Of a DNA stretch of 64,000 nt, positions 55,720-64,000 are shown in pieces (position 1 is the first letter of the stretch; each line of letters opens with the position of its first letter). The stretch spans positions 806,001 to 870,000 of the forward strand of contig CBFFSA010000005.1 in assembly GCA_965644495.1 (NCBI GenBank), read 5' to 3'. Source of the stretch: Perkinsela sp. CCAP 1560/9. Taxonomy: Eukaryota > Protista > Euglenozoa: Kinetoplastea. The position numbers and the translations under genes were made by a program. The notes beneath the pieces were generated by a model, which saw nothing but the letters and a program-made list of their open reading frames with translations, searched no databases and was not told the origin of the DNA.

Positions 55720-57325
55720 AGCAAGAAGTGAGAGAAAAATGTGGGGCTACGGGTTGCGGGTTCGGTGCGGGTTCGGCGCGGGTTGAAAAAAATCCTCTGA
55801 AAGCATGCGAAATTAGTCGGAGCTGCAGACATTGAAGGAGAAAAATAGTTAGATTGAAGGAGAAATCATAATGTGCGACATATATAGTGTACATAATAAT
55901 ATTACACTACCTCCTAATATGTACACTACCTCCTACCACTACCATTACCTCCTGATCAAAAAACGTGACTGAAGTTATCTCTAAGACGCATAACAGGGAG
56001 TTTTTGAAAGGGGTTCATTGAATCTCGCGCTATAAGATTAAGAATACAGGGGTGAAAACTTCCATCTGGGGAGGGTCTAATTTTTGTAAAAATTGTCTAA
56101 TTTTGGAGCACAATAGCGCATTGGAGAGCTCTCGCAGAGTTGTATGTCTTTGGCGTATTCAGAACGCTCGACTTGAAAGATTTAATCCGATGAGAAAAAA
56201 AGATAGTTTTTTTCTTGTGAAAATATGGCAATTTTTAATTTTTCCCCCATTTTATGCCCCGAAAGCGAGTTTGTTCAAGGACTTCTTCTGGTATTTTGAA
56301 CGCCCGTTCCTATGCTTTGGCAGGAATGATTAAAGAACACCAAAGGATGCCTCTTGTGGAAGACTTCGGGAAAACACAGTTTTATTCCCAGACTTACCGA
56401 AGTGTTTGGGTCCACTAGGGAACTGTGAAACTCTGGGTGGAGCGATTCATGTTTTTTTACGATAAACTTCAGACAAAGGACAAAAATAAATTTGAGAATA
56501 CGTTAAAAAACTTTAAAAAACGTTGTAGAATCATCGTAGAAAAGAAGGGTGCATATTGTGGATGCTTCACCGGTTTTAAAATAATGTTTCCTGAAAATAT
56601 CTGAGAATTTTAATTTTTTCTTTAAGTGACAATTCGCTTTTTTAGCCTATTCCGTATTTGTAATTCTAATTTGATATGTTAAAAGCTACCAGTGCAAAGA
56701 CATACAACTCTGCGAGAGCTCTCCAATGCGCTATTAATTTCAGAAATTGAAAAGTTTTTGCAAATTTTAGACCCCCCCCCAGATGGAAGTTTTCACCCCT
56801 GTATGTCCAAAGCATGATAACTCCTTAACGCAAGGGACGGCCAAACGGATTCCATTGCATATCTGTGCATTGCTCGTGTCCTCTGTGCCCACAGGTGAAA
56901 TTCGATCATATAGCTCTTTTAGTTCACGCTCTGTGGCAGCTCGCGCAACGTGGTTGACACCACATCCATCTACCATAAGGTAACGTAGCTTCTGAATCGA
57001 ATCTCCGAGTCCACTTCGCAACATACTCACGATTGATTTTGCCATCTCCAGTCCGTTGAATGCCTTGTAGCGTTTGTGAGAAATTGGAGGATGAACAAAT
57101 GACTGATTTCCTGCGCATAAGACACTAATCAACACATTCTGGTGCTTTATGTTATCGATGCCGCCGTCAACAGCCAAGCCAAAAAAAGATGTATCGGAAA
57201 CAGTCAGGTATATTTTATTCCAAATTTCTGTGGCCAAGCTCTTTTCTGAGCGATGGTAGGTCTTTGGACTAGGAAGACATCTCAGGATATGCTCCGGAGG
57301 AGCGTGCGGGCGTGATTCTTCGTAT
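55720..57325. repeat. Near-identical duplicate of 44122-45715 (hAT fragment plus MITE at 56047-56801)
   Basis: Colinear with few differences; same MITE at the same TA. Confidence 0.9.
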
Positions 57326-59434
57326 AGTTAGTTATTATCCAGCCATTTGTCTGCGAACAGATGTGGCTGCCTCACTTCACGCGTAGGTCGCGTTGCCGGT
57401 GCTCCACGCGGGGAGTAATCTTCTAGCACGAGAGCGGTTGGCTCAATCATATAAGAAGACACCGGACTTTAGACAGACATTACCCTAGTTATTTGATGCC
57501 TTGTTTTATTGGCATTGGGCAAATCCATCTATAGGAAAGGTGTAATGCCCTAGTTCTTTAGCATCTTGCTATTTTGATGCCGGGTACCTCCTTTCGTAAG
57601 CTTTCTAGTTCGCTTACATATTGTACGCATCTATACCAATATCGTATGTATCACTTGTTCCATATAAGTCCTGTATTTCATACGACGTACTTCCTGCCTA
57701 TGATATCATAAATGGGAAACTTTAATTTAAGTTTCTCTCTTTTTTCTGCGCTTTCTTTGTTTCGTTTCTTCTTGCTTATACTTTTCAAGCGTGCTCCTCC
57801 ATTTAACCCTGTCTTGTGCCTGGTATTTCCATATCTGTGGTATTAGCCCAGCTCGCTGAGCCGCTTGGCGTACGTTGTACTCAAACGGCTCCAGTTTTCG
57901 TGTCCGTATCCTAGTTAGAAATGCTCCAAAGAAAAACCCGATTTGGCATCCGCTCGGGGCCCATTCTTGATACGTGTCCTATGTATTGCAATATTCTTAT
58001 ATCCAACCTTGCTTGGAGGGGTATCATGCTGGCTCGTTTTAGGGCTTCTTCGTATGAGATTAGTTTCAGTTCCACGTGACTATTTGTCTGGTCTAAATGT
58101 GTACGTTTGGGCTCTTTCCACGGAATTCTTAGCGCATGATGTATGAGTTTAAAATATATTGCATTTAGTTTTCTGAATATCGTTGGTGTCAGTGCCCATG
58201 TCGCACTTCCATATAGTAGCGTGGGGATTATCTGTACTTCCAATATGCGCTTTTTTGTGTCCCTCGATATAGCATTGTTAAACCAAATTGGTTTTAGCAT
58301 CTTCAGCTTGGTGATACTATTTCGTATTCGGTTAGAGATTTCTGCCTCGATTTGTGCGTTCTCATCTATCATTGATCCCAGATACTTGAATTCGCGTACC
58401 TGTTCTATTTGTTGTCCATTCAACGTCATGTTGAAAGTGTGGTACTGTTGTGCATCAAGCGGTTGTATTACTTGGCATTTTGTCTTTTGTTCGTTCATAG
58501 TCATACCCCATTGCTTCATCACGAGATTTATGTTTAAAAATGCTTCCTTTAGCTCTTTGGGATCATCGGCGTAAAGCACAAGATCATCAGCGTAAGCGAG
58601 CGGTCCAATCGTATCTATTCCACATACTTGTTGTCCCATGTGCTTCTTCCCATGTGGTATTCTCCAGTTAATTTTTATTCCTGGGGTTCGTTCATTGAAA
58701 GTTGTTCTAAGAATCGCGTCCATAATGGCGTTGAAAATGATAGGGCTCGTAGAGCACCCTTGCCGTAAACCAACATTTTGTGCAAAATGGGCAGAGGTTC
58801 CGTATTTGTCTGTTATTTCAGCAGTTATGTTTTCATAAAGTAGCCTTAAAGTTTTACTCACTCTGCCCCCAATGTTCATTTTCTCCAGCGTGACCCACAT
58901 TACGTCTCGAGGGATACAGTCGTAGGCTTTCCGAATGTCAATATAGAGTACGTATAGTGTGGTTCTCGTGATTCGTGCCTTTTCTACAATTCTCCTGATG
59001 CAGAACATTCCGTCATCTACTCCTCTATTTCGTCTGAAACCATTTTGAGATTCTTGTAACCTGCGTTCAATCATAGGTTCTATTCTTTTTTGAATGCTGT
59101 GCGCCAGTATTTTTGCTCCTATGTTTATCAGAGAGATACCTCTGTACGCGCTACAGTCTTGCTCTGATCCAGCTTTACTGCCTTTGTATATGGGAGCAAT
59201 TCTTGCGTGTTGCCATGCTGAGGGTATTGCACCACTTTTCCAACACTGTATTATTATATCCGCAACTTCGGTTAGTATGTTCTGTCCCGCAAATTTAATA
59301 TATTCGGCGGGTATACCATCAGGCCCAGCTGCTTTCCTATTTTTTAGGCTTAGCATAATCTCAATGATTTCTAAACGAGTGGGGAGTCTATTGCACTCTT
59401 CCTGCTCCATAGCCAATATTCGTGGTTTAACAAG
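57326..59434 (-). mobile_element. 5'-truncated RTE-clade non-LTR retrotransposon
   Basis: RT ORF, ~400-bp 3' UTR, short TAATAACTAAC tail joined to the hAT copy. Confidence 0.85.
57727..59416 (-). pseudogene. RTE-type reverse transcriptase, no endonuclease domain, one frameshift near the C-terminus
   Basis: KAAGPDGIP, YRGISL, QNGFR, GLRQGC.SP, YADD, FKYLGS; removing one base near 57935 joins to WKYQAQDRVKWR...RKRRKKRET*. Confidence 0.88.
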
Positions 59435-59453
59435 TTAACACAGGTTTAACACA

Positions 59454-59767
59454 GGCCCGAGCACGGCTACCCAACCGTAGCTACCAGGACGGGCGTCCAC
59501 CCCGTTGCATCGTGTAGGCTGTGTCTCAAGCCTCCTTTGCGTAAGCAGTTCGCAATTTAGCGGCTGCGCTAGATCCTGGTTCAGCTCGGTGGTTCCGGGT
59601 CGGTCCTCCAGGGGAGCGGGGTTGGGTGTGGGCCTTGAAGGCACTCCTGATCGCTTTCCCTTAGTAGTGAGGCCGCCAGGTTGCGAGTTTTGTCGATAGC
59701 GGGAATCGAACCAGCAACCTGCAGGTTGTAAGGCCCACCGTCTACCAACTACGCCCACACCGCTCGA
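59454..59767 (-). mobile_element. tRNA-derived SINE, 3'-truncated copy fused to the RTE fragment
   Basis: Matches the 5' 314 bp of 60837-61266. Confidence 0.75.
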
Positions 59768-60836
59768 AGCTGGCGCTCACGAGTGCAGAAATCATATTTG
59801 GCGCACCGTTGCGTGCAGCGCGACGTCTCAGCTTTCCGTTAGCAGGAAAACCGCACATCAAAGCTTTGTGATTTCACTACTTCAATCGCGACGATTTGCG
59901 TGTGCCATGCCTCGGATCGCGCAACGCAAATCCATCAACATTCGGAGCGGGCGCTATCGAGTGCAGAAATCGTATTTGGCGCACCGCTGCGTGCAGCGCG
60001 ACGTCTCAGCTTTCCGTTAGCAGGAAAACCGCACATCAAAGCTTTGTGATTTCACTTCAATCGCGACGATTTGCGTGTGCCATGCCTCGGATCGCGCAAG
60101 GCAAATACATCAGCATTCGGAGCGGGCGCTATCGAGTGCAGAAATCTTATGTGGCGTACCGTTGCGTGAAGCGCGACGTCTCAGCTTTCCGCTAGCAGGA
60201 AAACCGCACATCAAACCTTTGTGATTTCACAACTTCAATCGCGACGATTTGCGTGTGCCATGCCTCGGATCGCGCAAGGCAAATACATCAGCATTCGGAG
60301 CGGGCGCTATCGAGTGCAGAAATCATATTTGGCGCACCGTTGCGTGCAGCGCGACGTCTCAGCTTTCCGTTAGCAGGAAAACCGCACATCAAAGCTTTGT
60401 TATTTCACAACTTCAATCGCGACGATTTGCGTGTGCCATGCCTCGGATCGCGCAAGGCAAATACATCAGCATTCGGAGCGGGCGCTATCGAGTGCAGAAA
60501 TCTTATTTGGCGCACCGTTGCGTGCAGCGCGACGTCTCAGCTTTCCGTTAGCAGGAAAACCGCACATCAAAGCTTTGTTATTTCACAACTTCAATCGCGA
60601 CGATTTGCGTGTGCCATGCATCGGATCGCGCAACGCAAATCCATCAACATTCGGAGCGGGCGCTATGGAGTGCAGAAATCTTATTTGGCGCACCGCTGCG
60701 TGCAGCGCGACGTCTCAGCTTTCCGTTAGCAGGAAAACCGCACATCAAACCTTTGTGATTTCACAACTTCAATCGCGACGATTTGCGTGTGCCATGCCTC
60801 GGATCGCGCAAGGCAAATCCATCAACATTCGGAGCT

Positions 60837-61266
60837 GAAGAAGAAGAAGAAGACACGGAGGGCTCTGCAGCGCCAACCGTTAGGGTAGAGTCTCAGGTCA
60901 CCGACCTTCATTGTCTTGCTACCCCCTTCCCAGACGGCACTCGACGCCTTGCGGCCCGAGCACGGCTACCCAACCGTAGCTACCAGGACGGGCGTCCACC
61001 CCGTTGCATCGTGTAGGCTGTGTCTCAAGCCTCCTTTGCGTAAGCAGTTCGCAATTTAGCGGCTGCGCTAGATCCTGGTTCAGCTCGGTGGTTCCGGGTC
61101 GGTCCTCCAGGGGAGCGGGGTTGGGTGTGGGCCTTGAAGGCACTCCTGATCGCTTTCCCTTAGTAGTGAGGCCGCCAGGTTGCGAGTTTTGTCGATAGCG
61201 GGAATCGAACCAGCAACCTGCAGGTTGTAAGGCCCACCGTCTACCAACTACGCCCACACCGCTCGA
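60837..61266 (-). mobile_element. tRNA-derived SINE (430 bp), (TTC)5 tail, AGCT TSD
   Basis: Head TGGGCGTAGTTGG (A-box-like), CTTACAA loop, GGTTCGATTCC (B-box); AGCT at 60833-60836 and 61267-61270. Confidence 0.8.
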
Positions 61267-63222
61267 AGCTGGCGCTCACGAGTGCAGAAATCTTATTTGG
61301 CGCACCGTTGCGTGCAGCGCGACGTCTCAGCTTTCCATTAGCAGGAAAACCGCACATCAAAGCTTTGTGATTTCACTACTTCAATCGCGACGATTTGCGT
61401 GTGCCATGCCTCGGATCGCGCAACGCAAATCCATCAACATTCGGAGCGGGCGCCATCGAGTGCAGAAATCGTATTTGGCGCACCGCTGCGTGCAGCGCGA
61501 CGTCTCAGCTTTCCGTTAGCAGGAAAACCGCACATCAAAGCTTTGTGATTTCACTACTTCAATCGCGACGATTTGCGTGTGCCATGCCTCGGATCGCGCA
61601 AGGCAAATCCATCAACATTCGGAGCGGGCGCTCACGCGTGCAGAAATCATATTTGGCGCACCGCTGCGTGAAGCGCGACGTCTCAGCTTTCCGCTAGCAG
61701 GAAAACCGCACATCAAACCTTTGTGATTTCACAACTTCAATCGCGACGATTTGCGTGTGCCATGCCTCGGATCGCGCAACGCAAATCCATCAACATTCGG
61801 AGCGGGAGCTATCGAGTGCAGAAATCTTATTTGGCGCACCGTTGCGTGCAGCGCGACGTCTCAGCTTTCCGTTAGCAGGAAAACCGCACATCAAAGCTTT
61901 GTGATTTCACAACTTCAATCGCGACGATTTGCGTGTGCCATGCATCGGATCGCGCAAGGCAAATACATCAGCATTCGGAGCGGGCGCTATCGAGTGCAGA
62001 AATCGTATTTGGCGCACCGCTGCGTGAAGCGCGACGTCTCAGCTTTCCGCTAGCAGGAAAACCGCACATCAAAGCTTTGTGATTTCACTTCAATCGCGAC
62101 GATTTGCGTGTGCCATGCCTCGGATCGCGCAAGGCAAATACATCAGCATTCGGAGCGGGCGCTATCGAGTGCAGAAATCTTATTTGGCGCACCGTTGCGT
62201 GCAGCGCGACGTCTCAGCTTTCCGTTAGCAGGAAAACCGCACATCAAAGCTTTGTTATTTCACAACTTCAATCGCGACGATTTGCGTGTGCCATGCCTCG
62301 GATCGCGCAAGGCAAATACATCAGCATTCGGAGCGGGCGCTATCGAGTGCAGAAATCTTATTTGGCGCACCGTTGCGTGCAGCGCGACGTCTCAGCTTTC
62401 CGTTAGCAGGAAAACCGCACATCAAAGCTTTGTGATTTCACTACTTCAATCGCGACGATTTGCGTGTGCCATGCCTCGGATCGCGCAACGCAAATCCATC
62501 AACATTCGGAGCGGGCGCTATCGAGTGCAGAAATCGTATTTGGCGCACCGCTGCGTGCAGCGCGACGTCTCAGCTTTCCGTTAGCAGGAAAACCGCACAT
62601 CAAAGCTTTGTGATTTCACTTCAATCGCGACGATTTGCGTGTGCCATGCCTCGGATCGCGCAAGGCAAATACATCAGCATTCGGAGCGGGCGCTATCGAG
62701 TGCAGAAATCTTATGTGGCGTACCGTTGCGTGAAGCGCGACGTCTCAGCTTTCCGCTAGCAGGAAAACCGCACATCAAAGCTTTGTGATTTCACAACTTC
62801 AATCGCGACGATTTGCGTGTGCCATGCCTCGGATCGCGCAAGGCAAATACATCAGCATTCGGAGCGGGCGCTATCGAGTGCAGAAATCATATTTGGCGCA
62901 CCGTTGCGTGCAGCGCGACGTCTCAGCTTTCCGTTAGCAGGAAAACCGCACATCAAAGCTTTGTTATTTCACAACTTCAATCGCGACGATTTGCGTGTGC
63001 CATGCATCGGATCGCGCAACGCAAATCCATCAACATTCGGAGCGGGCGCTATGGAGTGCAGAAATCTTATTTGGCGCACCGCTGCGTGCAGCGCGACGTC
63101 TCAGCTTTCCGTTAGCAGGAAAACCGCACATCAAACCTTTGTGATTTCACAACTTCAATCGCGACGATTTGCGTGTGCCATGCCTCGGATCGCGCAAGGC
63201 AAATCCATCAACATTCGGAGCT

Positions 63223-63652
63223 GAAGAAGAAGAAGAAGACACGGAGGGCTCTGCAGCGCCAACCGTTAGGGTAGAGTCTCAGGTCACCGACCTTCATTGT
63301 CTTGCTACCCCCTTCCCAGACGGCACTCGACGCCTTGCGGCCCGAGCACGGCTACCCAACCGTAGCTACCAGGACGGGCGTCCACCCCGTTGCATCGTGT
63401 AGGCTGTGTCTCAAGCCTCCTTTGCGTAAGCAGTTCGCAATTTAGCGGCTGCGCTAGATCCTGGTTCAGCTCGGTGGTTCCGGGTCGGTCCTCCAGGGGA
63501 GCGGGGTTGGGTGTGGGCCTTGAAGGCACTCCTGATCGCTTTCCCTTAGTAGTGAGGCCGCCAGGTTGCGAGTTTTGTCGATAGCGGGAATCGAACCAGC
63601 AACCTGCAGGTTGTAAGGCCCACCGTCTACCAACTACGCCCACACCGCTCGA
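63223..63652 (-). mobile_element. tRNA-derived SINE, apparently identical copy
   Basis: Same sequence and same satellite insertion site, offset 2386 bp. Confidence 0.8.
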
Positions 63653-64000
63653 AGCTGGCGCTCACGAGTGCAGAAATCTTATTTGGCGCACCGTTGCGTG
63701 CAGCGCGACGTCTCAGCTTTCCGTTAGCAGGAAAACCGCACATCAAAGCTTTGTGATTTCACTACTTCAATCGCGACGATTTGCGTGTGCCATGCCTCGG
63801 ATCGCGCAACGCAAATCCATCAACATTCGGAGCGGGCGCCATCGAGTGCAGAAATCGTATTTGGCGCACCGCTGCGTGCAGCGCGACGTCTCAGCTTTCC
63901 GTTAGCAGGAAAACCGCACATCAAAGCTTTGTGATTTCACTACTTCAATCGCGACGATTTGCGTGTGCCATGCCTCGGATCGCGCAAGGCAAATCCATCA

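Larger units (their letters stand above)
59768..64000. repeat. 178-bp tandem satellite (~19 monomers, some 175 bp), runs off the window
   Basis: Monomer GAGTGCAGAAATC.TATTTGGCGCACCG...ATTCGGAGCGGGCGCTATC; 6 monomers, SINE, 11 monomers, SINE, ~2 monomers. Confidence 0.95.

Noticed and set aside
60837-61190. SINE body as 7SL/SRP RNA or HDV/hammerhead ribozyme
   Set aside because: It has hairpins (GCC-GCAA-GGC) but I could not identify the SRP helix-8 motif or a ribozyme core; an Infernal search is needed.
61190-61266. Functional tRNA-Val(TAC) gene
   Set aside because: Acceptor, anticodon and T stems are mismatched; followed by a long body, (TTC)n tail and TSD, so treated as a SINE head.
59768-64000. 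Satellite as CRISPR array, SL-RNA array or 5S rDNA; its short ORFs as genes
   Set aside because: No repeat-spacer structure, no recognisable SL or 5S sequence; the ORFs shift frame with each 178-bp monomer.

Overview
Eukaryotic (protist) DNA in two zones. (1) About 4-36 kb: intronless genes all on the minus strand (CDC23/APC8-like TPR protein, glycine cleavage H protein, STI1/HOP, RPL9, CFD1/NUBP2, six related LRR genes, one orphan ORF) interleaved with transposons. This layout, plus CRE-like and TATE/VIPER-like retroelement relics, suggests (inference only) a kinetoplastid/euglenozoan-type host. (2) About 29-64 kb: a dense nest of mobile elements (Tc1/mariner elements and TA-MITEs, Merlin/IS1595, hAT, RTE and CRE non-LTR pieces) ending in a 178-bp satellite that carries a tRNA-derived SINE inside a higher-order repeat. 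Main observations: an abundant, asymmetric, hairpin-ended ~0.9-kb repeat with rolling-circle (Helentron/HINE-like) hallmarks and a sister form carrying a tRNA-like Pol III module; a Tc1 fold-back with two right ends whose empty site is in the window; a metallothionein-like Cys cluster inside STI1/HOP; a PIF/Harbinger-type transposase beside a double-zinc-ribbon ORF; an LRR duplicate with circularly permuted flanks; and a 3' UUCG stem-loop shared by two retroelements. All calls come from motif reading and by-eye alignment; no database searches or folding programs were run.
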